DNA of 64,000 nt from an uncultured Erysipelotrichaceae bacterium (lineage in GTDB: Bacteria; Bacillota_I; Bacilli_A; Erysipelotrichales; Erysipelotrichaceae). The DNA lies in the NCBI GenBank assembly GCA_944327105.1, contig CALVGN010000040.1, positions 4,247 to 68,246 of the forward strand. The letters are read 5' to 3'. The translations under genes were made by a program, and so were the position numbers. This document shows positions 45,099 through 55,762 of the stretch, in pieces; the first letter of the stretch is position 1; every line of letters begins with the position of its first letter. Under the pieces are notes generated by a model. The model searched no databases and was not told the DNA's origin. It was given only the letters and a program-made list of their open reading frames with translations.

Positions 45099-46814
45099 TT
45101 ACTCTGGATAATAGTACAGGGTGATATGATTGCCTGCACTTTGGGTATATGTTTCGCCAGGAGATGGATCCATGGCCACCACCACCCATGGGATCGGTCC
45201 ACCTTCTTGACCGCCATCAGCGGAATAAGTCGTTGGATCCAAGGGTTGATTGACGGTGGTCAAACCCATTTCCTTCAAATGATTCTCCGCATCCCCAAGA
45301 CTCCAGTTGATCAAGTTGGGGACCACGATGGAAAGACTGGCTCGATAATAAATCACCAATTCATTGTCCGTATCCGGATCAAATTGGGTTCCCGGGTCGA
45401 TCAATTCCTGCCGGATCACACTGCCCGGTTGCACACTGTCATTTTCTTCCTGAACATAGGATATAAACAAATGGGGATATTGTTTTGCCCACTCATCCAC
45501 ACTCGTAATGGTGGAACCCGTAAAATCTGGCATGGTCACACCGATCCCGCTGCTGACCACCACCTGTACATGGCTTCCCGGATCCAATATCGTATCGGCA
45601 GCAGGTGTAATGGAAATGATATTCCCTTTGGCCACATCATCGGTCAATTCATACGTGATATCTGCATTATCCAGTATCAGCTGTTGCTCATCCAGCAGGG
45701 TACGTGCTTCCGCTACATTCATCCCTACCACATGCGGAACGCTCGCCATCTTGGGTTCTGGTTCGACCATCCCACTTCCGACAAACCATGCGATGGCACA
45801 GATGATTCCTACCAAACCAATACAACCGATGATCCAACCATATAATTTCTTTTTGCGCTTTCTTGCTTTTTTGGGGATCTTGCGGTTGCGTGAGGCATCA
45901 GAACTCCCTTTAAACTGCTTGTCACCGAGATCACGTAACAGTTGCTCATCGTTTTCATTGGTCAACCGGGCAAATTTGACCGGTGGTTCTTTGACGGACT
46001 GGCATTTACATAACGCATCATACATCTGCTTGCAATCCGAGTAACGCTGATGCTTGTTTTTCGCCGTTGCCAACAGCACGATATTTTCCAACGCTTGCGG
46101 AATTTCTGGATTGAAATCACGCACGCGTGGCATCGGTTCTTTGATATGTTTGAGACAAATATGCACGGGTGTATCGTCTTTAAAGGGAACATCCCCCACT
46201 AACATTTCATAAATGACGATGCCCATCGCATAAATGTCGCTTTGCACACTGGCTGGCTCGCCTTTGGCCAATTCCGGTGCCAGATAATGCACTGATCCCA
46301 TCACGGAATCCGTTTGAGTCAGCTGCAGACTGTCCTTGGTCAGTGCAATGCCAAAATCCATCACTTTGACGGTCCCATCATCCTTGATGATGATATTCTG
46401 GCTCTTGATATCCCGATGGATGATCCCTTTGGCATGCGCAGCCGCAATGGCCAATGCCATTTGTTTGGCAATATCCACCGTTTCCGACACATCCAAGGCA
46501 CCGCGCAAACGCAGCAATTCCTTCAATGTATGGCCTTTGACATATTCCATGACCATATACGGATGTTTGTTGTAGGTACCGATATCGTAGATTTCCACGA
46601 TATTGGGATGCGACAGATCCGCAACGGCCTTCGCTTCCCGTTCAAAGCGCAAAACATTGACCGGATCATTTTGCAGATCCCCGCGCATCAGTTTAATGGC
46701 GACCTGACGGTTGAGCACGGTATCCAATGCCAGCACGACATCCGCCATTCCACCTTGGCCGATGGATTTGATCACTTCATAGCGATTGGCTATCATTTCA
46801 CTGTTGGCTACCAT
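45099..46814 (-). CDS. prkC: Ser/Thr protein kinase with extracellular PASTA repeats
   Basis: 571-aa ORF with Hanks kinase motifs (GQGGMADV, HRDIKSQN, DFG), a TM, and 3 PASTA-like repeats. Confidence 0.9.
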   Translation of the reverse strand: MVANSEMIANRYEVIKSIGQGGMADVVLALDTVLNRQVAIKLMRGDLQNDPVNVLRFEREAKAVADLSHPNIVEIYDIGTYNKHPYMVMEYVKGHTLKELLRLRGALDVSETVDIAKQMALAIAAAHAKGIIHRDIKSQNIIIKDDGTVKVMDFGIALTKDSLQLTQTDSVMGSVHYLAPELAKGEPASVQSDIYAMGIVIYEMLVGDVPFKDDTPVHICLKHIKEPMPRVRDFNPEIPQALENIVLLATAKNKHQRYSDCKQMYDALCKCQSVKEPPVKFARLTNENDEQLLRDLGDKQFKGSSDASRNRKIPKKARKRKKKLYGWIIGCIGLVGIICAIAWFVGSGMVEPEPKMASVPHVVGMNVAEARTLLDEQQLILDNADITYELTDDVAKGNIISITPAADTILDPGSHVQVVVSSGIGVTMPDFTGSTITSVDEWAKQYPHLFISYVQEENDSVQPGSVIRQELIDPGTQFDPDTDNELVIYYRASLSIVVPNLINWSLGDAENHLKEMGLTTVNQPLDPTTYSADGGQEGGPIPWVVVAMDPSPGETYTQSAGNHITLYYYPE

Positions 46815-47559
46815 TGGATGCTCCTTTCTCTTTTTCGATCAATATGATCGTGACATTATCATAACCGCCGGCTTTTAAGGCCAGTGCCAGCAGGCGGCGA
46901 AGCTTGAACTGGGTGGATTCCTGATCGTTTTTCAATACGTCTTCGATCGCCTGCTGGGGCACATAGCCGTATAGGCCGTCGGAACAGATCAGATAAGTGG
47001 ATATGGGTTCATTGATCACTTCCATGTCCATTCGCACATTGCTCCACACCCCAAGTGCATTGGTAATGACATTTTTTCGGGGATGATTGGCCGCTTCTTC
47101 CAACGTCAGCTGACCGGCACGGACCATATCCATCACCCAGGTATGATCATTCGTCAGACAACCGAATGTCGCATCATCGTATAGACCATACACACGGGAA
47201 TCACCGATATTGATCACAAAGGTACCGACACTACCGATAAATACACCGGTCAATGTGGTTCCCATCCCTTTGTAAATGGCATATTTCTGTGCTTTGTTGT
47301 AAATCTGGAAATTGGCGCGGGAAACATGGTATCGCACAAAGGTCATGGCGCTGGTCAGATCATCGAATTTTGGGGATTTGCTGAACGCATCCCCGATATA
47401 ATCCGTGGCCATCGTGCTGGCCACATCGCCGGCTTTGCCTCCGCCGATGCCATCGGCCACGATGGCCAATACATCGCCATAGGCATTGGCTGAGATGATG
47501 TAGGAATCCTGATTGGCTTTGCGGACAAGCCCTTTGTCCGTGACACCGTAACACTTCAT
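46798..47559 (-). CDS. prpC: PP2C-family Ser/Thr phosphatase
   Basis: 253-aa ORF with the motifs GLVRKANQDS, VADGIGG and DNVT. Confidence 0.9.
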   Translation of the reverse strand: MKCYGVTDKGLVRKANQDSYIISANAYGDVLAIVADGIGGGKAGDVASTMATDYIGDAFSKSPKFDDLTSAMTFVRYHVSRANFQIYNKAQKYAIYKGMGTTLTGVFIGSVGTFVINIGDSRVYGLYDDATFGCLTNDHTWVMDMVRAGQLTLEEAANHPRKNVITNALGVWSNVRMDMEVINEPISTYLICSDGLYGYVPQQAIEDVLKNDQESTQFKLRRLLALALKAGGYDNVTIILIEKEKGASNGSQQ

Positions 47560-48599
47560 CGAAACACCCCTTCTCGCTTGGCACGCAACTGGCCGCAGGC
47601 CGCATCGATGTCATCGCCATGGCGTGCACGCAGGGTGGCTTTGACCCCATGCTTCATCAACACATCGTAAAAGCGTAAAGCCACGCCCATATCCACACCT
47701 TGAAATCCATTTTCGTCCACGGCGTTATATGGGATCAGGTTCACATAGGCACATAAGCCTTTCACCAGTTTCGCTAAAGCAATGGCATGCTCATCGGTAT
47801 CGTTGACGTGACGCAAAAGGATATATTCAAAGGTGATCTTGCGATTGTTTTTGGATGCATAGTAACTTAAAGCATCCATCAATTCCTCCAATGGATAGGC
47901 ATGATTGACAGGCATCAGCGTATCCCGCAGTGCATTGGTGGGCGCATGCAGGGAAATGGCAAGATTGTATTGATGGTGTTGATCGGCAAAAAGGCGGATC
48001 TTGGGAACGATACCACAGGTGGAAATGGTGATATGACGGGCACCGATCTCCAATCCTTTGGGATGATTGACGATGGCACAGAAATCCATCACATTTTCAT
48101 AATTGTCAAAAGGTTCCCCAGTGCCCATGATGACGATGTTTTTCACCCGCTCATTGAGTGGTTCCAGTTCTTTGGCAACATATAAAACCTGCTGGACCAT
48201 TTCTCCGGCAGTCAGATCTCTCTGTTTTTTCAATAACCCGGAGGCACAGAATTTGCATCCCATGTTGCAACCCACTTGGCTAGAGATACAGACGGAATAG
48301 CCAAAGTGATAGTGCATGCGTACGCATTCCACTTTGGCATCATCAAAGCCAAACAGATATTTGACGGTCCCATCCTTGCTTTGTTGACGCTCGACGAGAT
48401 GTAGAGTGGTCGTACCATAGGTATCGTTTAACAGAGATTTCTGGGCTTTGGACATATCGGACATTAAATCAAAGTCTGATATTTTTTTACGATATAGCCA
48501 GTTGAATAACTGGTCAGCTTTGAATGATGAAAACCCCCAGGCGGTGAATTGGTCTTTCATTGCTTGGTGGGTTAGATCATAGATACTCTTTTTTGACAT
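47556..48599 (-). CDS. rlmN: 23S rRNA/tRNA (adenine-C2)-methyltransferase RlmN
   Basis: 347-aa ORF with the radical-SAM motif CNMGCKFC and the C-terminal catalytic Cys region. Confidence 0.92.
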   Translation of the reverse strand: MSKKSIYDLTHQAMKDQFTAWGFSSFKADQLFNWLYRKKISDFDLMSDMSKAQKSLLNDTYGTTTLHLVERQQSKDGTVKYLFGFDDAKVECVRMHYHFGYSVCISSQVGCNMGCKFCASGLLKKQRDLTAGEMVQQVLYVAKELEPLNERVKNIVIMGTGEPFDNYENVMDFCAIVNHPKGLEIGARHITISTCGIVPKIRLFADQHHQYNLAISLHAPTNALRDTLMPVNHAYPLEELMDALSYYASKNNRKITFEYILLRHVNDTDEHAIALAKLVKGLCAYVNLIPYNAVDENGFQGVDMGVALRFYDVLMKHGVKATLRARHGDDIDAACGQLRAKREGVFR

Positions 48600-48636
48600 A
48601 GATTCATTATATTATGGCCACGGTGGTTTTTAAAAG

Positions 48637-49863
48637 TTATCCGGTGGTCAAAACCGCATAGTAGAAACCATCGGTGTCGGTTGAATCGGGGAATATGGTG
48701 GTTTCGACCAATCGATGATAGTTTGGATGACGATTGAGAAAGGATTGGATTTGTTTCTCATTTTCCTTTTTATTGAGTGTACAAGTGGAATACACCAATC
48801 GACCCTGTGGTTTCAACCAGGATGCCACATGGTCGAGCATATCCGATTGCAATTGTTGCAGTTCATCCAGTGTAGCGCTTTGCAATGTAAACCGCATTTC
48901 CGGCCTGCGGGAAAGCACACCTAACCCTGAACAGGGTGCATCCAATAAGATCCGATCGAATGTATGATCCGCATACTGTTGATCCAACAGGGAACCACAC
49001 ACACAAGTGGTATTGGTAATACCCAGTCGAGTCAGGGTCTGTTTTAACAATTCCACACGATGCGGATGATATTCCACCGCCGTGATGGAACCGCTATCCT
49101 GCATCAGCATGGCCATTTGACTGGTTTTGCTGCCTGGGGCAGCACAACCATCCAATACGATCATATCCTGCTTTAGATCCATGGCATTGACGATGGCCAT
49201 ACTGTTTTTATCCTGGATCACACATTGGCCAAGGTGATAATACGCACTGTCCATGATATTGCCATCATAGGTAAAACAAAGATCATTGAGTGGTTTGACC
49301 AACGGATCACGGATAGATGATGGATCGATCTTCAATGTATTCCAGCGTAAAAAGACTTTCGCTTCATGAAGCGTATTGCTTGCGAGTTCAATGGCTTTCT
49401 CTTTCCCATACTGGCTAGACCATAATTGCAATAACCATTTGGGTAAACTGGTTTCTATCATTGCCCGATCCAAGGGATCACTCGGCAATGGCGGCATTGT
49501 TTGTAATTTGGATACGTTTCGCAGTGTGGCATTGATGAAACCCCGATAAGCCGGCTTGGCTAGCTTGACGGTTTCATCGATGGCCACATAGGGTTTGACA
49601 TCCATGTATTTGAGTTGATAAACACCCATCACCAATAGGATCTCTTCTTTTTTACGGGCAGGTTTGTGTAAATAGGGTTTGAACCAATGCACGCATAGAT
49701 TGTAATGGCGCAATATGCCATAAACCATGGCACTGCCAAAATGCCGAGTAGCAGCATCATAGGTATTCAATGCTTTACGCATCGCCAGATTGGCATATTG
49801 ATGATCGATCAATACATCGATCAATAACTGATAGACTGTTTGACGAATATTCATAGGTTTCAC
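48637..49863 (-). CDS. rsmB: 16S rRNA (cytosine967-C5)-methyltransferase
   Basis: 408-aa ORF with a NusB-like N-domain, the SAM motif DGCAAPGSKT, and catalytic DAPCSG and TC motifs. Confidence 0.88.
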   Translation of the reverse strand: MKPMNIRQTVYQLLIDVLIDHQYANLAMRKALNTYDAATRHFGSAMVYGILRHYNLCVHWFKPYLHKPARKKEEILLVMGVYQLKYMDVKPYVAIDETVKLAKPAYRGFINATLRNVSKLQTMPPLPSDPLDRAMIETSLPKWLLQLWSSQYGKEKAIELASNTLHEAKVFLRWNTLKIDPSSIRDPLVKPLNDLCFTYDGNIMDSAYYHLGQCVIQDKNSMAIVNAMDLKQDMIVLDGCAAPGSKTSQMAMLMQDSGSITAVEYHPHRVELLKQTLTRLGITNTTCVCGSLLDQQYADHTFDRILLDAPCSGLGVLSRRPEMRFTLQSATLDELQQLQSDMLDHVASWLKPQGRLVYSTCTLNKKENEKQIQSFLNRHPNYHRLVETTIFPDSTDTDGFYYAVLTTG

Positions 49864-51914
49864 TCATTGGGCATGGTATTGGGATCGATGGAAATGGTGA
49901 TCCCACCTTTGATCCGTTGTGGTAATTCAGTGAACCAACGGTTCAACCAATCCTGTAAACTGGTCAAATCCTTGGTTCGAACGATCAAACGATACGTTTG
50001 ATCGCTTTGGGATTCACTTGGGCCGATCACATGACCATCCATTGGTTTGGTTTGAATGCATTGTTGCAATGCATTCAAACCATAACGCATCGGTGTTTTG
50101 ATCAGAGCGACCGCACTGTAGGGTGGTAAGACCATCTGCTGTCGATACGATAATTCATAACGGGTATACCCCTGAACATCCAGGTTTTGTAGATATTCAT
50201 TCAACGGATGCGCTGGATGATCCAGCTGGATGATACGATTAGGATCATCGTGTGGTAAGACCACATTATAAACCGCATCCATCACTTGTGCCATGGCCCA
50301 TTCATCATTGCGAAATTGTCGATAGGAAAGAGCACTGTCTCCATGCAACATGATCAAACCATCGGCATGGACAATGATCTGACCAAGCATACGATGGGTC
50401 GTGATCAATATTGCATAAGAGGAATGTTCATATGAATCGATAACACACAATGGATCAAGGCTATCATTGGTCAAATCAAAAATGGGGAATTCAGGATAAC
50501 GTTTGGATAACTGTTCTTTCAACGCCTGCACACCCGGCTTACGATAGACCCATTGCTGATGACGGCATTTGCTGCAACGCTGACGTTGGATGGTTTTACC
50601 ACAATTTGCACAGTAATAAACATTCGGCCGATCTGTCGAGTGTAGCAGATGATTGCAGGATGGACAAACCAGAAATTGATGACAATGCCCGCACTGTACC
50701 TGGTAATACCATCCTTTCCGACTCGTGGAGATTACCAAATGTTTTTTGGTGGAAACCATCTGATCCAAAAGATTCAGTGTAAACGGTGCGAATTCATGAT
50801 CGATACATTGCTTTTTCGTATCAATAAATCCAACTTCCACATCCTCCACTTTCTCGATCACTTGGATCTTATGTTGATCTATATCTTCTTGTAACGACAA
50901 AGGCGGGATCAAGGTCTGCAAGATCACAGTGGTTTGATGCAGTGATCGTATGGTGTCAACCACCTCATCCACATGGATACGGGGATCATTATCCTGCAGG
51001 TATGAGCCATCATGGGCCTGCAGGATAATGATCCGGGATGCATCCGGTTTGACTAATAATAATGATTTGGTTCCAACCGTAATCGTGGTTAGACCATGGG
51101 TAAAACGATAATAACTGATCCGTTTGAGCGCATTGGATAAACTGGGATCATACAGATCCACCACATCGATCTGTGACTGAAGCCAACGATGGATCAATTG
51201 AGCAGATAATAATGATGGAACAATGATCACTACCGATTCATTGGTTTGAATGGATCGATACAACCAATCCAGTAACGGTCCTTGGATAAATTCCGAAAGA
51301 TTCATCTTATAAAGGATTGAGTTGGAATCGAGGGGAATATCCTTGGCACGATACGGATGTTTAAACGATGGTTGGACCACTTGTGGCAATGAAAAAGATT
51401 TGACCAACACACCCTTTTTGATCAAAGTATTGATCCGATTCGATGAATAGAGATCAATGAGTTGATGATAATCATCACAATGATGATGGTTCAACCATTC
51501 AATGATCTCTGTTTGTGCCACATTGAGTTTGGTTTGATTTAGGATCGTTTGATCGATATGGATCTTAGGGACCAATAACGATCGATATGGTTGTTCCACT
51601 CTTAAGAATGATGGGATCATTTGCACCAAGATCTTTCCTAACGAGCAAAACCCTTGGTAAGCCATGGTCAACGCAAGCTGATATTGGATCTCACTTAAAA
51701 AAGAATAAGCATTGATCAAACCATCGATCGGCTTTAAAGCATTTTCCGTGTTTTCTTCCATCCATGTACTGGAAATCACGATCCCATAGGTCATGGTCTT
51801 ACCAAAGGAAACCGAAACCAACATACCAAAATCCAACTGGAACTCACTGGTGTAATCATAGGGTCGATTCAAGGCATAGGGAACATTGGCAATCACGACT
51901 TCATTGCGATACAT
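49860..51914 (-). CDS. priA: primosomal protein N' (PriA) homolog lacking helicase ATPase motifs
   Basis: 684-aa ORF with a PriA N-terminus (VANVPYALNRPYDYTS...VSVSFGKTMTYGIVIS) and a Cys-rich Zn region (CGHCHQFLVCPSCNHLL...CANCG...CSKC). The Walker A GxGKT is absent, and DEEH is replaced by LQAH (IIILQAHDGSY). Confidence 0.8.
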   Translation of the reverse strand: MYRNEVVIANVPYALNRPYDYTSEFQLDFGMLVSVSFGKTMTYGIVISSTWMEENTENALKPIDGLINAYSFLSEIQYQLALTMAYQGFCSLGKILVQMIPSFLRVEQPYRSLLVPKIHIDQTILNQTKLNVAQTEIIEWLNHHHCDDYHQLIDLYSSNRINTLIKKGVLVKSFSLPQVVQPSFKHPYRAKDIPLDSNSILYKMNLSEFIQGPLLDWLYRSIQTNESVVIIVPSLLSAQLIHRWLQSQIDVVDLYDPSLSNALKRISYYRFTHGLTTITVGTKSLLLVKPDASRIIILQAHDGSYLQDNDPRIHVDEVVDTIRSLHQTTVILQTLIPPLSLQEDIDQHKIQVIEKVEDVEVGFIDTKKQCIDHEFAPFTLNLLDQMVSTKKHLVISTSRKGWYYQVQCGHCHQFLVCPSCNHLLHSTDRPNVYYCANCGKTIQRQRCSKCRHQQWVYRKPGVQALKEQLSKRYPEFPIFDLTNDSLDPLCVIDSYEHSSYAILITTHRMLGQIIVHADGLIMLHGDSALSYRQFRNDEWAMAQVMDAVYNVVLPHDDPNRIIQLDHPAHPLNEYLQNLDVQGYTRYELSYRQQMVLPPYSAVALIKTPMRYGLNALQQCIQTKPMDGHVIGPSESQSDQTYRLIVRTKDLTSLQDWLNRWFTELPQRIKGGITISIDPNTMPNE

Positions 51915-52581
51915 GACTCAACTCCTGTTTGATATAGGTTTTATCGTCCTTGGTCAAACCATAACTATCCCTGCATTTTGCAATGGTCATTTTGACAATG
52001 GTCGATGAAAAGGGGTGATCTTTCATATAAGCAATGGTCTTGACCATATCCTGTACCATCAAAATCTGCAAACACCATGCCACCATCATCTGGACATAAT
52101 AATCATCACATTTCACATCCGTTAACATCGAATACAGATCAAGATCGATATATTTGGATGCCACCAATGCGATATTGAGATAGGAACGCACCCGAAAGGG
52201 TGCGTTCCCTTTCAAATCATTTTGATGATCTTGAAAATAACATGGTTCAAACCATTTATATCCTTTATAGATACTATCGGTATACACCCATGAATCGATG
52301 TGATCGTTCAAAATGTCATAATGGTGATACCATAAACTTTTTTCACGCTTTTTACAGAACAGGATCATCCCATAGAGCATCACATCTTCATACGTGGCAA
52401 AATCATAATCATCCAGAATGGTCAAATCATCCCCATATTTTTTGGCCAATGCTCTAAGTTTCGGTATCCGTACCCCATTGATCGGATAGTGTGTCATCGC
52501 GATTTTCTGATGAAATTTTGCATAATCACAATCCACCTGTTGCATATATTCATTCTTCATTAACTGTTGCAATGCATTCAT
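51901..52581 (-). CDS. DNA alkylation repair protein (AlkD-like HEAT-repeat family)
   Basis: 226-aa ORF. The N-terminal pattern ...DCDYAKFHQKIAMTHYPINGVRIPKLRALAKKY is typical of PF08713 proteins. Confidence 0.7.
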   Translation of the reverse strand: MNALQQLMKNEYMQQVDCDYAKFHQKIAMTHYPINGVRIPKLRALAKKYGDDLTILDDYDFATYEDVMLYGMILFCKKREKSLWYHHYDILNDHIDSWVYTDSIYKGYKWFEPCYFQDHQNDLKGNAPFRVRSYLNIALVASKYIDLDLYSMLTDVKCDDYYVQMMVAWCLQILMVQDMVKTIAYMKDHPFSSTIVKMTIAKCRDSYGLTKDDKTYIKQELSHVSQ

Positions 52582-52637
52582 GACACCATTATAACAGTCA
52601 TACCACTCTTAATTGGTTTTCATATAGATTACCCACA

Positions 52638-52665
52638 TTAAAAGCGCAGCATCATGCTACGCTTT
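52638..52665 (-). terminator. probable terminator of the suf operon
   Basis: Imperfect hairpin aaagcg(c)agcat/atgct(a)cgcttt, followed on the minus strand by a short T-run. Confidence 0.45.
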
Positions 52666-52677
52666 GATTTGATCTTA

Positions 52678-54084
52678 TCATCCCACTGATCCACTCATAT
52701 CCAGTTTCAGCAACTGGTTGAGTTCCACGGCATATTCCATTGGCAATTCCTTAGTGAAAGGTTCAATGAATCCCATGATGATCATCTGTGTGGCCTGATC
52801 TCTAGTCAAACCACGACTCATCAGATAATAGATTTGATCTTCACTGATCTTGGATACGGTGGCTTCATGTTCGATCGTACTGGTTTGATTGGTCGAAATA
52901 TTGGTCGGGATGGTATCACTTCTGGAAATATCATCCAGAATCAACGTATCACATTCCACCTTGCTTCGCGCATGATCGGCATGGGGACCATGGCTGACAT
53001 ACCCTCTGTAATTAGTCTCACCACCCAATCGTGCCACCGATTTGGAGATGATCGTCGAAGTGGTATACGGCGCCAGATGGATCATCTTGGCACCGGCATC
53101 CTGTTTCTGCTTGCGGCTGGCCACGGCAATGGATACACAGTATCCATTGGCGTGCTCGCCTTTTAAGATACAGGCCGGATATTTCATGTTGATCGCACTG
53201 CCGATATTGCCATCGATCCATTCCATGGAACCATACGCATCGACACTGGCGCGTTTGGTCACCAAATTGACGATGTTGTCACTCCAGTTTTGGATGGTCG
53301 AATAGCGGCAGCTGGCATGTTTGCCCACAAATATTTCCACCACGGCCGCATGTAAGCTTTCCTTGGAATAGATCGGTGCGGTGCACCCTTCCACATAATG
53401 GACATGGGCATCATCATCCACGATGATCAGCGTACGTTCGAATTGGCCCATATTGGCGGAATTGATGCGGAAATAACTTTGCAATGGTTTTTCTAATGTC
53501 ACCCCTTTGGGCACATAAATGAATGAACCACCGCTCCACACTGCACCATTGAGTGCAGCGAACTTGTTATCGGTATAGGGCACTAACGTACCAAAATACT
53601 TTTGAAACAATTCAGGATATTGTTTCAACGCGGAATCGGTATCCAGAAAAATCACGCCTTTTTCTTTCACTTCATCCAACATATTGTGATAGACGGCTTC
53701 CGAATCGTATTGGGTGGTCACACCCGCTAGAAAATCGCGTTCAGCTTGCGGGATCCCCAATGTATCGAACGTATTTTTGATCTTTTCCGGAACATCGTCC
53801 CAATTGGCGCTTTCTTTATCGGCAGCACGATTGAAATACGTAAATCCATCAAAATCGATATCATCGAGTTTGGGACCAAAGGATGGTAAGGGGCGATTTA
53901 TAAAATGATGCAACGATTTCAATCGATAATCCAACATCCACTTTGGTTCATGCTTTAAGGATGAGATGGTTTTGACCACATCATCATTCAACCCGATCCC
54001 CGTATTGAATACGGAAATGTTTCCATCACTGAAACCATATTTATAATGGTCCGCACCATCATAGACATGTTGATTGTTACTCAT
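52678..54084 (-). CDS. sufB: Fe-S cluster assembly protein SufB
   Basis: 468-aa ORF that is highly SufB-like along its length. Confidence 0.93.
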   Translation of the reverse strand: MSNNQHVYDGADHYKYGFSDGNISVFNTGIGLNDDVVKTISSLKHEPKWMLDYRLKSLHHFINRPLPSFGPKLDDIDFDGFTYFNRAADKESANWDDVPEKIKNTFDTLGIPQAERDFLAGVTTQYDSEAVYHNMLDEVKEKGVIFLDTDSALKQYPELFQKYFGTLVPYTDNKFAALNGAVWSGGSFIYVPKGVTLEKPLQSYFRINSANMGQFERTLIIVDDDAHVHYVEGCTAPIYSKESLHAAVVEIFVGKHASCRYSTIQNWSDNIVNLVTKRASVDAYGSMEWIDGNIGSAINMKYPACILKGEHANGYCVSIAVASRKQKQDAGAKMIHLAPYTTSTIISKSVARLGGETNYRGYVSHGPHADHARSKVECDTLILDDISRSDTIPTNISTNQTSTIEHEATVSKISEDQIYYLMSRGLTRDQATQMIIMGFIEPFTKELPMEYAVELNQLLKLDMSGSVG

Positions 54085-54517
54085 CGATTTTTTCTCCTAA
54101 CAATGCCGCAGCACCCCGCCAGCCGATGGTGGCACAATGGATACGATTGGCACTTTTGCTGATATCTTTGAAGATCACCGCTTCTTGTAAAAGATGTGGA
54201 TCATACGGTTTTTCATCCAACATATCCATATAGTTATGGATGATGGTTTTGGCTTCCTGTTTGGTTTTACCTTTGATCAAATCCGTCAAAATGGAAGTGG
54301 ACGCAGTGGAGATGGTACAACCAATACCATTGAACGATACATCATCGATGGTTTCACCCTCAAAATGCATATAAACGGTAATATCATCGATGCACGAATC
54401 CGATGCCATATGCTTGCTTTGGGTATTTTCCTTATCTAATGTTTTTTTATTATGGGGATTTTGATAATTGTCCATGATGATATCACGGGCAATGGCTTTA
54501 TCATCGAATATTGACAT
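54077..54517 (-). CDS. sufU: Fe-S cluster sulfur-transfer/scaffold protein SufU
   Basis: 146-aa IscU/NifU-like ORF with three conserved Cys (DSCID, GIGCTIS, IHCATI). Confidence 0.88.
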   Translation of the reverse strand: MSIFDDKAIARDIIMDNYQNPHNKKTLDKENTQSKHMASDSCIDDITVYMHFEGETIDDVSFNGIGCTISTASTSILTDLIKGKTKQEAKTIIHNYMDMLDEKPYDPHLLQEAVIFKDISKSANRIHCATIGWRGAAALLGEKIDE

Positions 54518-54535
54518 ATTTCCTCCTCAACATGG

Positions 54536-55762
54536 TCATACCATGGCAGCTTCGATGCATTTTTCCAATGTGATATCCGTTAGTGCATCGACTAAACGAT
54601 CGATATCAGCTTTGGTATTGTACAAATAGCAGCTGGCTCTTACCGTTTCACTGGTGCCGATGATCTCGACCAATATCTTGGCACAATGATTGCCGCTTCT
54701 TACGGCTATATTGTGTCGGTTAAGATACGAGGCCACATCTTGTGCAAAGATGCCATCCACATTGAATGTGATCAAACCACTTTCACTGGTGGCATTGTAT
54801 AAATGCACATGCGTAAGTGGTTGCAATCGTTGCACGGCATAGCGTTTCAATTGCTTTTCATGTTCAAAAATATTTTCCATGCCGATGCTTTGTAAAAATT
54901 CGATAGCGGCACCCAGCGACAATACCCCTTCCACGTTGGGGGTACCGGCTTCGTATTTGAATGGGGCATGTTTCAATAAGATATTGCCGCATAGATCAAA
55001 TCGGGCATTGGACCCACCACCGTATAATGGTGGATCATTGTTTTCCAATAAGTCATATTTGCCATACAGCACGCCACTGCCGCCCGCGGCGCCGAGTTTG
55101 TGACCGCTAAATGCCAGGTAATCACAATCAAGATCACGCACATCGACTGGCATGTGCGGAACGGCCTGGGCGGCATCGATGACAGTGATGGCACCATATT
55201 CATGGGCGATCTGGATCATTTGTTTCAATGGTTGGACCACGCCCAATACGTTGGAAACATAGGCAATGGCAAAAATCTTGACTTTATCATGCATGGCGTT
55301 TTTAAAGTCATCCATATGGATGGAACCATCGTTTTGCATGGGGATGTATTCGATTTTTGCACCGGTGGCTTCACAGACTTTGAACCATGGCAGGATATTG
55401 GATGCATGTTCAGCTTCAGTGGTTAAGATCACATCATCTTTTTTTAAATGGTTCAAACCATAGGAATATGCGATCCAATTCAAGCTTTGAGAAGCACCAC
55501 TGGTAAAAACGATCTCTTTACTGCTTTTCGCATGGATGAAATCTTTGACGATATCCCGAACATGGTCAAAATCATTGCTGGCTTTGATGCTCAACCCATA
55601 ATCCCCACGATGGACATTGCTGGTCCCACGTAAATAAAAGTCATTGACCACCTGGATCATATGATCGCTTTTAAATGCCGTGGCGGCATTATCCAAATAA
55701 ACCAGATCGGGATGATTTTGGATCATCGGGAAATGGCTTCTTACTGCAGTTTCGTCAAACAT
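54536..55762 (-). CDS. sufS: cysteine desulfurase SufS
   Basis: 408-aa class-V aminotransferase with the PLP Lys in SGHKL and the catalytic RSGNHCA. Confidence 0.92.
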   Translation of the reverse strand: MFDETAVRSHFPMIQNHPDLVYLDNAATAFKSDHMIQVVNDFYLRGTSNVHRGDYGLSIKASNDFDHVRDIVKDFIHAKSSKEIVFTSGASQSLNWIAYSYGLNHLKKDDVILTTEAEHASNILPWFKVCEATGAKIEYIPMQNDGSIHMDDFKNAMHDKVKIFAIAYVSNVLGVVQPLKQMIQIAHEYGAITVIDAAQAVPHMPVDVRDLDCDYLAFSGHKLGAAGGSGVLYGKYDLLENNDPPLYGGGSNARFDLCGNILLKHAPFKYEAGTPNVEGVLSLGAAIEFLQSIGMENIFEHEKQLKRYAVQRLQPLTHVHLYNATSESGLITFNVDGIFAQDVASYLNRHNIAVRSGNHCAKILVEIIGTSETVRASCYLYNTKADIDRLVDALTDITLEKCIEAAMV

